A DNA stretch of 64,000 nucleotides from Octopus vulgaris (Eukaryota), in the NCBI GenBank assembly GCA_951406725.2, contig OX597824.1, forward strand, positions 30,132,001-30,196,000. The letters run 5' to 3'. The translations under genes and the position numbers were made by a program. Positions 36,790 to 49,037 of this stretch are shown piece after piece (the stretch's first letter is position 1; each line of letters starts with the position of its first letter). The notes beneath the pieces were generated by a model. The model was not told where the DNA came from and ran no database searches. It saw only the letters and a program-made list of their open reading frames with translations.

Positions 36790-37275
36790 CTTATCTTTTA
36801 CTTGTTTGACATTAGATTCTGTCCATGCCAGAGTACTGCTCTGAAGAACTTTTAGTCAAATGAATTGACCCCGATAGTGTTTTTTTTTCTTGTTTGTAAG
36901 CATGGTACTCATTCTATCAGTCTCTCTCTGCCAAATTGCTAAGTTACAGTGATATAAACACACCAACACCAGTTGTCAATCAGTGGAGGTAAGCAAGTGC
37001 AAAGACACACACACACACACAGTACAGGCTTCTTTTAGTTTCCATTTACCAGATCCTCTTACAAGGTTTTGGTTGACCTGAGGCTGTAGTAGAAGACACT
37101 TAGCCAAGATGCCAAGTGGTAGTAAAAGGCAAACACACACACATATATATGATGGGCTTCTTTCAGTTTCCTTCTACCAAATCCACTCAGTGCTTTGATC
37201 AGCCCAAGGCCATGGTAGAAGGCACTGGTAGAACCCTGAGTCATGTGGTTAGGAAGCAAGCTTCTTACCACACAT
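36790..37275 (-). mobile_element. SINE family A (composite of two copies)
   Basis: Reverse-complement tail plus two head segments. Confidence 0.7.
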
Positions 37276-38105
37276 GTCTATGATAATTTTTTTTCCTTTA
37301 GCCCTGAAACTCATAAGGCTTGTTACCTGATTTCCATGACAACATTCCCTTGAATGGATCACTGGCTCAATATAAGGTTCAAGGGTCGCAATTCTATGAA
37401 GAGAGGCTAAGTCAATTACATCAATCCCAGTACTTGACTGGTACTTTATTTTATCAACCCTTAAGCTATGAAAGTCAAAATTAACATCGGTGAGCTTTGA
37501 ACTCAGAATGTGAAGAGTTAACGAAAAATGCTGCTAAGCATTGTGTTTGGCTTACTAACAATTCTGCCAACTCGACACCTTTGTTCTTATCGCAATAATG
37601 ATAACACAATTAGACTAAAATGCTAATTATAAATGTGTAAACCTACATAGATAGACATGAGGGCAGACCGAAAGTTTCTTCCTAAGGGAATTCTGCGGAT
37701 CTCAGTAAACTTCTACAGGCTTCCAGTCATACACTTACTGACCTCAAGCTACTGCTGGCTAGTGCTAAAATCTTTTCCCAACATTCTTTTTACATTTAGC
37801 ATAAATCCCCAAGCAGTTTATTTGTTTTAGACTCAAGGAAATAATTTGTCACAAGAAAAAAAAAAATAAAAAAATAAAAAAACTAGTCTTGGTGACAGTT
37901 ACCCTGTGTTATTTTTGGAACATCCCACAATTACCTTCAAACACTATTGCCGTCACCTCCACCACCACTACCATACCTAGTGTGAATTCTTGAATTGGCT
38001 TGAATTTTAATTATATCTACATACATCCATATAGACTTTGTGTGTGTACACATGTATGCATATATGTATCTACATATGTACACATATATGTATATATCTA
38101 TCTAG

Positions 38106-38139
<34 letters not shown>

Positions 38140-38259
38140 GTAGGTGTGTATGTATGGTTATATGTACATATATGTATGCATGTGTGTATATATATATATA
38201 TATATATATGTATGTACGTACGTACGTATATGTGTGTGTATTATATTTTACATATTCCA

Positions 38260-38555
38260 GTCCTTTGACTGTGGCCACGCTGGCACCCGGTCTTTAGTCA
38301 AACAAGTTGACCCCAGGACTTATTCTATTGGTCTCTTTTGCTGAACCGCTAAGTTACAGGAATGTAAACACACCAACATTGATTGTTAAGCAATGGTGGG
38401 GTGATAAAAACAGACACATACACACATATATGACGGGCTTGTTTCAGTTTCCATCTACCAAATCCACTCACAAAGCTTTGGTTTGCCTGAGGTTATAGTA
38501 GAAGACACTTGCTGTAGGTGCCACACAGTTGGACTTAACCCGGAACCATGTGATT
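38260..38555 (-). mobile_element. SINE family A
   Basis: Reverse complement of family A. Confidence 0.8.
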
Positions 38556-38573
38556 ACATATACATACATGCAT

Positions 38574-38604
<31 letters not shown>

Positions 38605-41600
38605 CACACACACACATGTTCGCACACACATATATTATACACACATGCACACAAATAGTTTGTTTATTGTGGGAGTTATTTTAACAATCATTCAAACCAG
38701 AGATATTATGTGAGAAGTGCATTCATACTAACACTGTCTTATAATCTTATCAGCAAAACATTTTACACCTCTGTATTTTGCCTTTTTCTTTCTTTTTTTC
38801 CCTTTTTTTCCCTGAGCAAATTTCAAACCAACACCTTTCTTCCTCTCCTCTCACCTTTCTTTCTACTCCCACCACACCCACTTCGACTTGGTTCCCCACC
38901 CCCCACCGCCGCCTCACATAACACTCCACAGCCACTAGTCTGAAGTTGTATTTCTAGTTTTTCACTCTAGATTGTCTTGTTTACTGAGTCAATGCTGTCC
39001 AACAGTCAGTTTAATCCTTAAACAATTCATACCTCTGTCTATATTTAGGTTTTCTTCTTTCTTATTAAATGTTTTCACTGTTTTTTCCTGTTTTTTTTTT
39101 TTTTTAAAAGCTAAATCACACTCACACATACACACACTCACACACATATATATGTATATATACCTTTTTATTCTTAAACAAGAATATTATGAACAGTAAC
39201 TTCAAAGTTCCAGCCTTTTAAGCCATCGTCAGACAGGAAGTCTGATGATGGTTCAACTGGCCGAAAATTCGAAGTCACTGTCAACATTCTTAAGGATAAT
39301 AAATTGTACTTTACAAAAGTACAGAGTAAGCCATCAGTTAAACATAAAATTGTTTTTTTTTTTATCGTAACTGAACAAAAACAAATATTTAACATATATA
39401 TGTCATTGCTATTATGTTAAACTGTTGTATGTCCAAATTAGGCCAAGTGTGTTTTTTTGTTTTTTTTCTTTCTTCTATATTTATTTTTCCTTGCAATAGC
39501 CAGTTCTTTTGATCAAGCTATTGTATCTCCAGCTGCTTCAGATGCCAAGATATGAAAAATTGTCAAAGTGTAGTACAACGGTTTTGCTGAGGAATGGTGA
39601 AACTATTTTTTCCATTTTCTGAAAAAGCAACGTTTTGGACTTACGACACTTTTGCATAATAGCAACAATATATATTAATGAGAAATATTTGACAGATGGA
39701 GATTTTTATATTTTTATTAATACATTGCTACATATATTTGGGACTACCTCACCACATCCATAAGATATTATTAGATATTATTCAGGATCTCCATGGACTC
39801 TAAGGGAGTCCCTTAATTCGACATGCATACATCTTTGGACAATTTTGCATTAATGTTCTTAGGACTGACTTGTTTAGACTTCAGGATATTAATCATACTA
39901 CACCAATCAAAAAGTTCTGCTGGATTTAGAGGCAGTGCTTGTGAATTCTTACAAACTACTAATAGATGGGTGTATTGATTGAAGCAAGAACTTTGAAAAG
40001 GGTAGTTTTGTTAGTTGTTTACATATGAATGCAGGTGGACATAGAGAGGAGGGTGGGAAAGAAACGAAAAGGAAGGGGGAGGAGATATTGAACTGTGGCA
40101 ATGCAGGGACACTATCTTGAGAGGTTTTAGTGGAACAAATTAGCCCCAGTGTTCTGTTTTGTTTTGTTTTTTCTTTTTTTTTTTAAAGTTTGATATTTAT
40201 TCTCAGTCTCTTTTGCTGAGCTGCCAAGTAACAGGGATGTTAACAAACCAACACTGGTTGTCAAGTAGCGTGTGGGACAAACACCAGCACAAAGACATGC
40301 ACACACAAACACACCTGCATCTTACTTGTGCATACACCTAACACATGCACGTGCACACACCCAACACGTGTGTGTTCCAGTGCAACTAAATTAAACTTCA
40401 GTTTGTCCTTGTTTCTCTTCAGCGACACCTGGTCCCTGAAATCCTCAAGAACCCTTCAAGTGAAGACACAAGTATAGAAATTATAGCTGCAGCAAGTGCC
40501 CTTACTTCTACTATCCCCCCCCTCACTACCTTCTGTCCCCCCCCCCCCCGCTCTCCACCCCCAACTACCACTACAGTCACCTACCCTACCCAGTCTCCCA
40601 CCCCAACATCTTACTGTTATTTCTTATTTTAAGATAGCCCTAACAAAGACACTAATTATTCTGTCTAAATCTGACACTGATAGGGGTCATTATCAAAGCC
40701 AACTTGCCTTCCTCTGCAGGCCTCAAGCTTAACTTCCATGTTTCTGCCTGTCACCCCTTCTTACTTTCACTTCTCTCCCCCCCCCCCTGCTCTCTCTCAC
40801 TGTACTTAGCATGACCAACAATTTTATATTATATTTTGATACTGTGACGACCACCTAACCTTACTGTTTACTAACTCGTTTATTACATGATTTATTTAGA
40901 ATGTAAAGCTTAGCAGGTGTTGTTTTGCTTTTGTTATTTTTTTGTTTTTGTCTTTTGGTATGTGTATGTGAATGATTTTTCATTTACATTTAAAAATTAT
41001 TTTTAAGGCATCTGTCTATTCACAGCACTTTCCCCTATTTCATTAATCTCGGAACTTAACATACGCCTCACACATTCTTGACAGCTTACTACACAGACCT
41101 AATTCATTTAACAGTTTTGCATTATTTATATGTTCATATATACATGCATGACAATAAATTGAGAGAAATAACTCTGAGTGGCCAGTAACATATGTTTGAA
41201 CCACATAGACAAATACAGATATATCAAATACCATACAACATAAATTCTTGAGTTAAAATTATTATGGAAATAAAGACCAGCTCCATTTAAGAAGGGGGAG
41301 ATAATCTCAAAATTCAAGAATTCTCTAAAGTTTACAAGCTATTAAAGGAAAAGGATTGGTGTATTGGGAGATAAGAGGACAATACATCCATGCATGTATG
41401 CTTACTGAAAGCACTATCTAAATTTTCATGCCCAGCAAGCTTACAACACAACAAAATATAGTCATGTAATTATGATAATAATATCAGCTGGACAATTACT
41501 AATGTGGATAGCAGGTGGACCCATGCAGTTGTCCAGTTGTATCCAAGGGACCAGAAAAGACCACTTTGAAAGCCTCCACGATGATGGGAAGATAACCTAG

Positions 41601-42030
41601 TTAAGTAATTTAGGTCATGATGAGAAGAAAAAAAAAATGACACAATCAAGGCAGAATTCAAAGCACATTGTGACCGGTGTTTAACATCATCTGATGGTCT
41701 GGTCAATACTGTGTTCTGTGTTTTAAGACAAAAGATTAATCTAAGTACTTTCTTACTCCACCACCACCACCACCCGCTCTTCTCTCTTTCTCTCTCTCCC
41801 TCCGTTTCTCTTTCTTTCTCTCTCTCACACACACACTTTCACACATGCTTATTTTTCACTCTCATTCTATTAATTATTCAACACTTTTATCGTAAAATTC
41901 ATGACAAATCTTATTTTCTGTTTATATAACTCTGAGAATTGAATAATTCTGAATTCTATTTAATATTATTGATGCGCAAGTTCTTGTTTTCTCTTTTGCA
42001 TAATACCATTTTCTTTATTTCCATTTCTAG

Positions 42031-42168
42031 GCACCACAATTGGATCAGGTCTATTGATTCCAGAGTGTTAAATGGCTTACCAAAATTACGAATGTTGGAC
42101 TTGAATTTTAATCATATTTATAATATAACTACTGGAACATTCCACGCTGGATTAAATTTACATCAACT
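42031..42168 (+). CDS. LRIG: LRIG-like gene, internal LRR exon C
   Basis: ccatttctag| acceptor, |gtaaga donor; 138 bp, phase 2/2; (L)HHNWIRSIDSRVLNGLPKLRMLDLNFNHIYNITTGTFHAGLNLHQ(L). The spliced A+B+C peptide follows the LRIG pattern LPNLxExxLxxNxLxxxPxxG...LxLxHNxIRS...LDLxxNxI (recalled from vertebrate LRIG1; paralog number not assignable). Confidence 0.92.
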
Positions 42169-42846
42169 GTAAGATATCTTACCCTTTTTTTTTTTACTTC
42201 CTTTTTTTTTTTAATCCCTTTCTCTTTTTCAACTCATATATCTTTGCCATAACTGTCTACATCCATGACCCTCACATTAGGGTCATGTTATTAGAGAATT
42301 GATCATCAAACAAACCAATGTATCTCTTTCAGATATATTTGCTTTCAGTTTATGTCTTTCAGAAACCAATTTCCCATCTTTTCAGACTGTGGGTTAATTT
42401 TTTTGCCAAATTCATATTCCTTCTATTATTACTGTGTCTGGACTAATGCTTCACCATTATTTCAAGAGTTAATAACACCCCACCCTCTACTCACTGCAAA
42501 AAAAAAAAATGAAAAGTTGCTTTTTATTTTATGTTCCTAAGAAATCAGCTAACCCCACTCCCCTACTGTTTAGTAAGGATATTTTAAATTTCCAAAACTA
42601 TGTATTTTAGCTGATACAGCAAAAAAAAAAAAAAACACGCATACGCCTTTTATCTTTTATTTGTTTCAATCATTAGACTGCAGCCTTGCTGGGACACAGC
42701 CCTGAAGAATCTTTAGTTAAACAATGACTCCAGCACTTTTTGTTTTAAGCTTGGTACTTATTCTGTTGGTCACTGTTGCCGAACCACTAAGTTACAGGAA
42801 TGTAAACAAACCAGTACCAGTTGTCGAGCAGTGTTGTGGGGGACAA

Positions 42847-42882
<36 letters not shown>

Positions 42883-43022
42883 GGCATACACATATTTCAT
42901 TTTTAAATTCTCTTCAAATAATATAGAGCAGTAGAAATGGCTGAGGTAAAAGGATACAGGAAATGCATGTTTTGTTGAACCGGCGAAATCATTTTAATTT
43001 TTTTTTTTTTATGCACTACACA

Positions 43023-43445
43023 CAGGGCTGGATTAAAATCCACCAAGGCCCTAATCACTTAAAAGATTTTGGTGCCCCCATAAAAGACTATGTAATTCAA
43101 AATATAAACAATAACAAGCCATAAAATAGGTTTTTATTTTTCAAGATGAAACAAAACTGTAAGAGGGAAAATTGTTTGTTTTTGTATACTTCCACTTAAT
43201 TTATATTTGAAAAGTTTCCTCCCACCTTTTTGGATTGCAAATTCTTTGATCAGATCCTCAAAATTAATCTTAGGTAACACATCTGCATCTATATTTAGTT
43301 GAGATAAGGGCATCCCAAATATTATCTTAGCATGTTTAAAGTGATTTCTTTTGTGCTGTAAACCATTCACCATTTCTGTGGTGCTCCCTCCTTCCCTTGA
43401 TGCCTTAAGCTTGTGCTTATTTGCTTAATGTTTAATCCAGCACTG
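43023..43445 (-). mobile_element. Internally deleted hAT transposon
   Basis: TIR CAGGGCTGGATTAAA / TTTAATCCAGCACTG; 8-bp flanks ACTACACA / CTTACACA; minus-strand LSQLNIDADVLPKINFEDLIKEFAIQKGGRKLF resembles the end of the hAT dimerisation domain. Confidence 0.82.
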
Positions 43446-43547
43446 CTTACACACACACACCAAAATAACTACCAGTAATATTAGCAACATTGTTTAACTG
43501 TGCTTCTTTCCCCAACAAAAAAGTTAACTCTTTTGGCATCAGTAGCA

Positions 43548-43925
43548 TCATCACCATTTAACATCCATTGTCCATATTGGCATGGGTTGGACAGGTTGAC
43601 AAGAGCTGACTAGCTGAAGCACTGCTCCAATTGTTTGTTTTGGTATGGTTTCTATGGCTGGATGCCCTTCCCAAAACCAACCACTTGACAGAGTGTATTG
43701 GGTGCTTTTTATGTGACACCAGCGTGGGTGCTCTTTTACATGGCACCAGCACAGAAGTTCCTTACACGGTGTCAGCATGGGAACTTTTTATGTGACCCCA
43801 GCACGGATGCTTTTTACATGACATCAGCGCTGAAGCTTCTTGCGTGGCACCAATACGGGAGCTTCATAGGTGACACCCAGCACAGGTGCTTTATATGTGG
43901 TACCAGCATGGGTGCTTTTTTATGA
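43548..43925 (-). mobile_element. Retroposon family D with a ~26-bp tandem array
   Basis: Family D body at 43548-43700, then about 9 diverged GGGTGCTTTTTAYRTGRCACCAGCA units. Confidence 0.78.
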
Positions 43926-44468
43926 AGCCTCAAAGGAAATGGTTATGGCTGTATGGGTGGTAATTTACTATTTCTTTCATGCAAGTTTTGTTTTGATTTG
44001 TGTCCCCTTAAGAACTCTTCATTGTAAGAAGTGTTATTTTGATATCAGTTCCAGGAGGGAAAAGGATGAAAAAGACTGCAAATGTTCTGTTGTGTGAATA
44101 AGGACCCTAGTTATAAAACTATTCCTGTTGCATTATTCCTCTCCAACATTGTACCTGGCAGCCACAATTAATTGATTCTGACATTAATGTTGTTTCACTG
44201 CAAGGCCCAATTACATACAGACTTATCTGAATTACACTACAACAAATCAACTCTCTTGTCACACATTTCTACTTTTTTTGCCTACATCCATGCAAAATGA
44301 TATACAAATGATGTGAGATTTTAGCTTCTCTCCTCTTTTTTTCTTTTTTTTTTTTTTTTATTTTTTTTGTTCCTGTTTCTTTTCTTCCCAAATTCTGTGT
44401 TTGAGGCTCCTTCAGTCACATCTTTCACTAAAACTCAGTACTGTACTGACGAATATAAACGATCTACT

Positions 44469-44501
<33 letters not shown>

Positions 44502-44625
44502 TCAGTGTGTAGCTGTGTGGGTTGTGTCTGAAGCCTGTGGGCTATACCCAGAGTTTTATCATTCACCCGCCTCTTCTTGTTTGCTTGCATCTTTGTGTGT
44601 TTATATATTTGAAAGGAACACTTAA

Positions 44626-44652
44626 GTGTGTGTTTGTATCTGTGTATGTATG

Positions 44653-44707
<55 letters not shown>

Positions 44708-44830
44708 GTGTGTGTGTGTGTATATATATATGTGTGTGTGTATATATATATGTGTGTGTGTGTGTGTGTATATATGTGTGTGTGTGTGTATATATGTGTG
44801 TGTGTGTGTGTGTATATATATGTGTGTGTG

Positions 44831-44868
<38 letters not shown>
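44626..44868. repeat. Compound (TG)n/(TA)n microsatellite
   Basis: Alternating TG and TA blocks over about 240 bp. Confidence 0.95.
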
Positions 44869-44873
<5 letters not shown>

Positions 44874-45492
44874 AACACCTTCTGCTGTGAAACCTGAAGC
44901 ATTGCTAGTTAATATTAAGAGGGCAAACTCCACTGACCCTTAACCAAAGGACACCTCCTACCCCTAGTTTGTTTTCCAAGCCTATTTCAATAGAGCTTGT
45001 TAAGATAATCCTCTAAAGAGATTTGTGCTAGAAAGATGAAGTAAATTTTGCTTTCCATCTCTTTCTCCATTTTTATTTATTCATTTTTTGTTTTGCTTGT
45101 TTTTGTTCTTTACTATTTCACATTGTAGTAAACTGATGCTGCTGTTGTGTTAAAACAGCAAACATTGGTGGTTGTTGATGCTGTTTCTTTCATCTTGGAA
45201 CAATACAAGAGATGTCACTGCTATCTCCCAACAACACCACCACCACCACCAACCACCTCTCCTTATGTATCTCACTCACCTACGTCTCCCTCTCTCTTTT
45301 TCTCTCTTCCCCTTTCTCTCTCTCCTCTGTACACAGAACCAGAGAATATACCTCATGCCATCATATAGATACTTCATTCATCATTGTAGTACCGCAATTA
45401 CCACCTCTCCCACACACGCCTCAATGGGGCAGTTATTTTAAATTTAAACTTTACACCTATTATTTTCAATTCTTTTATTCATTTATTATTTT

Positions 45493-45523
<31 letters not shown>

Positions 45524-45572
45524 TTTGGCTAAGAATGTTCTTTCAAGTTAATTCCAAATCAAACTATTTTAA

Positions 45573-45632
<60 letters not shown>

Positions 45633-45640
<8 letters not shown>

Positions 45641-45789
45641 GAAGTAAATATATGGCACAACGAAGTACCGATATTTACTGGGAAATAGCGAACGTAATAA
45701 ATACGACGCTAATGTATAGCTTCACTGCGTTCGCTATTTTCCAGTAAATATCGGTACTTCGTTGTGCCATATATTTTCTTCTATGTATA
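45633..45789. repeat. 64-bp inverted repeat (fold-back) next to (TA)n
   Basis: Arms 45633-45696 and 45726-45789 are complementary at 61/64 positions, with a 29-nt loop. Confidence 0.95.
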
Positions 45790-45850
45790 ATTTTCCCTCA
45801 CAGGCTATTCTTTACTGGAAAGCAATACTCTTGTATTGCATTACTATTTT

Positions 45851-45892
<42 letters not shown>

Positions 45893-47284
45893 AAATAAAA
45901 ACATGATGCAAAGGACTTAGCGGTACATATGTTTCAGGCCTTTATTAGACAGTTTATAACAATGCATAATTGATGTAAATGTGTGTCTATAGCCTCTAAA
46001 TGGTATATACAGGTGCTTACAATTATCAAGTATTCACCCTGAATTTTTGTATATATATATATATATATAGTGTGTGTGTGTGTATTTATATATAAACAGT
46101 AATACATTGGCCAAGATGGCCTACATATATATTTTGTTATTGTTTAAGAAAGTGCCATGAGATTTGTAGGAAATGTTGGTTGCTATTTCTAACAGGTTGA
46201 ATAACCATGCAATGGTGCCTCTGTTTAACTGTGTGTGTACTAAAATGTATAATGTATACATGCATGCATGCTTGTTAAGTTCCATTTCTGTATCAAAGAC
46301 ATTTCAACTATTACATCCCATGGTTACTTTTTCCCTTTTTTTATTATTCTGTCATAATGTATCTAGGAGTACATTATCCTATATATCTTCTCTGCTTTAA
46401 GGCAACTGGGTATAATTTGAGTGAGGTGTCTGTACTGTTTCTAGCAGGTGAAGTGACCTCACTGACACCTTCATCATTGGTTTGTACGTAATATGCTTGT
46501 ACATTTTGGCATAGGTGTGTGTGTGTGTGTGTATTTTAGTTAACAAGTTAAATTAACGAACATCGTTCATTCATTCACTCATTCAATTACAACACAACTG
46601 CCATTTTGAGGCACTTGTACTAAGATAGATTTCAGGAATTACAGTTAATTATTGCTTCGTCTGCATAAAGAGAATTAATGACAAACTCAATATTCAATTT
46701 CCTTTTTAAAATTCGGTTCTCCTGGGGAAACAGTGAATATTTCAAAAATTAGATACAAATTTAACAATTTTTTTCATTTTTTATACACACACACACACAC
46801 ACATATATATATATTTGTTAGTTCATATTTCTCCTGATATTATTATAAAATTAATAATAATAATAATAATAGTTGTTTATTATTATTAATCATCATCATC
46901 ATCATAATAGTGAACTGACAGAATCGTTAGCGCACTAGGCAAAATTGCTTAGCAGCATTTCTTCTAATCAGGGTTCAAATTCCGGCAAAGTCGGCTTTGC
47001 ATTTCCTCCTCTCAGGGTGCAAGGAGGGTCATTGTATTCAACTAACTCCATCCTCTTCAAACTTGCTGGCCTTTAGCAGAATTGTTAGGATGCTGGACAA
47101 AATGCTTGGCAGCATTTCATCCATCTTTACATTCTGGATTCAAATTCTGCTGAGGTTGACTTTACCTTTCATCCTTTCAGAGTCAATAAAATGAGTACCA
47201 GTTGATAACTGGGGTCGATGTAATCAACTAGTCTCCTCCCCCCAAAATTTCTGGCCTTGTGCCTTTAGTAGAAAGGATTATCAT

Positions 47285-47795
47285 TATTATTATTATTATT
47301 ATTATTATCATTATTATTTTAATTAATATAGATGTCACAAAGTATACAATATCGTGAGGTTGTTGATTGAGATATTGTGTCTACTGGGGGTTTGTACTGT
47401 CTGTCAAGTCACAACAAGGACCTCAGACAGACAGTACTTTACGCAATATGCGTACAGTTCCAAGTAATGCCGGCTTTTGCAACACACCTAGATTGTAGGG
47501 TATTTCTCAAGTTCTCAGATGTTTTTTCAGATTGGGTGGTATTGAACCCCATGCTCCGATGACAATAGGGATAACCTTTGTTTGGCTCTCATTGCTGCCA
47601 CATCTTAGCGATCTCAATTCTCAGGTCTCCTTATTTATTAACCTCCTCTTTTTCTTTCATAATAATATGTTGATCTCCTGGTACTGCCATATCAATTATT
47701 AGGCACTCTTGTTTGTTGCTCCTAATGGTTACTATATCCAGCCTTTGGTGCTCTAATACCTTGCCTGTCTGGAAGTCAAAACCCCAGATGAATTT
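47285..47795 (-). mobile_element. R4/Dong-like (restriction-like endonuclease) LINE 3' end
   Basis: FIWGFDFQTGKVLEHQRLDIVTIRSNKQECLIIDMAVPGDQHIIMKEKEEVNK*GDLRIEIAKMW...LLELYAYCVK (degenerate RPD...D...K RLE motif), ending in (TAA)n on the minus strand. Confidence 0.85.
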
Positions 47796-47821
47796 TGCCG
47801 TCCCTATTATTATTACTATGA

Positions 47822-48040
47822 AGATAGCGAGCTGGCAGAAACATTCGCTCACTGGGCAAAATGCTTCACAGTATTTCATCCGTCTTTACATTCTGAGTTC
47901 AAATTGCACCAAGGTTGATTTTACCTTTCATACTTTCATGGGTCAATAAAATAAGTACCAGTTGAGCACTGGGGTCACTGCAATTGAATAGCCCCCTTCC
48001 TTGAACTTGCTGGCCTTGTCTCGAAATTTGAAAGCAATAT
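47822..48040 (+). mobile_element. SINE family B
   Basis: Family B head and core; further + copies at about 46910-47280, 50470-50660 and 50870-51090. Confidence 0.8.
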
Positions 48041-49000
48041 CCGTGTCAGTCATTTTGATTACACTGTGTGTTTTACCTCCAAATGTGCGAGTTTCTGTTG
48101 TTGTTTTTCCCTGACATTAAATCTGTGTTATCGTAAACTAATACCTCGACCGTTTAGCGATGATGTTGTGTAGAGTAAATTTATTGATCCATCACAGCCT
48201 TGTTTCTGACCAGCTTTTGTCTGTAGCAATGTCAGTGGACCAGTTTAGATTGTTTTCAGTGTCAGGAATGGGGTTACATACAACTTGCTCCCCCACTACA
48301 AATGTTGGAGGCACTGGCAGGGAGGGGGAATTAGTGGTAAGGGTGGTGGTATTGCCACTGCTGCTGCTGATATTGGTGTGGGAGGGTTGTGGTAGTGTAA
48401 TGTCAGTAGTAGTAGCGGTGGTAATTGTATGGTAGTGGTAGCATTTGTAGTAAGTGAAGTAGTGGTTTTATTAGTTATAATACTATTAGCTGCAGTTGTG
48501 GTTGGCTGGGATATAGTATTGATGAGCTGCTGCTGTTGGTGATATGGTGATGGTGGTGGTAGCTGGGTTAAGAGGAAACGGTAGAAGCTGCAGTGGTGGT
48601 GGTGGTGGTGGTGGTGGTGGTGAAAGCGAAAGCCAAGGGGTTAAAGGCTGTTTGTCAAAGGGCAGATGTAGATATATTGAAGAGATACAGACACAGAAAA
48701 TGACAGACAGAATCTTAGTGATTTAAGTACACGAAGACACTTGGAGCATGGCAAACTGAGATTTGGTAACTCTGTTAGCTGTAATGATAATGATGGTGAT
48801 ATGATCTGGTTGGTGAGGGGTGGGGTGGGGGATGGTAGAAGAAGAAGAAGAAGAGAATATATCATAATACTTCCTGCGAACAAGTAAGGTCACCAAAATA
48901 AGCTGAGTTGTGATCCCAGCATGCTGGTATGTAAAGGCGTATAAGTTGCAGCGAACTAACTTGATCTACAACATTGAGTCCCCACAAGAGATATGCTATC

Positions 49001-49037
<37 letters not shown>

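Noticed and set aside
39197-39325. Possible 129-bp AG/GT-bounded exon (TSKFQPFKPSSDRK...)
   Set aside because: Its open frame is phase 1, incompatible with the phase-2 LRIG introns; the acceptor is weak, there is no LRR character, and the hairpin explains the sequence.
43699-43925. CRISPR-like repeat array
   Set aside because: Units are contiguous and diverged with no spacers, the context is eukaryotic, and there are no cas genes.
44879-44903. Split complement (8+10 bp) to 14805-14826
   Set aside because: 30 kb apart across two exons, short, and the 14.8-kb partner is already used in local stems; not distinguishable from chance.
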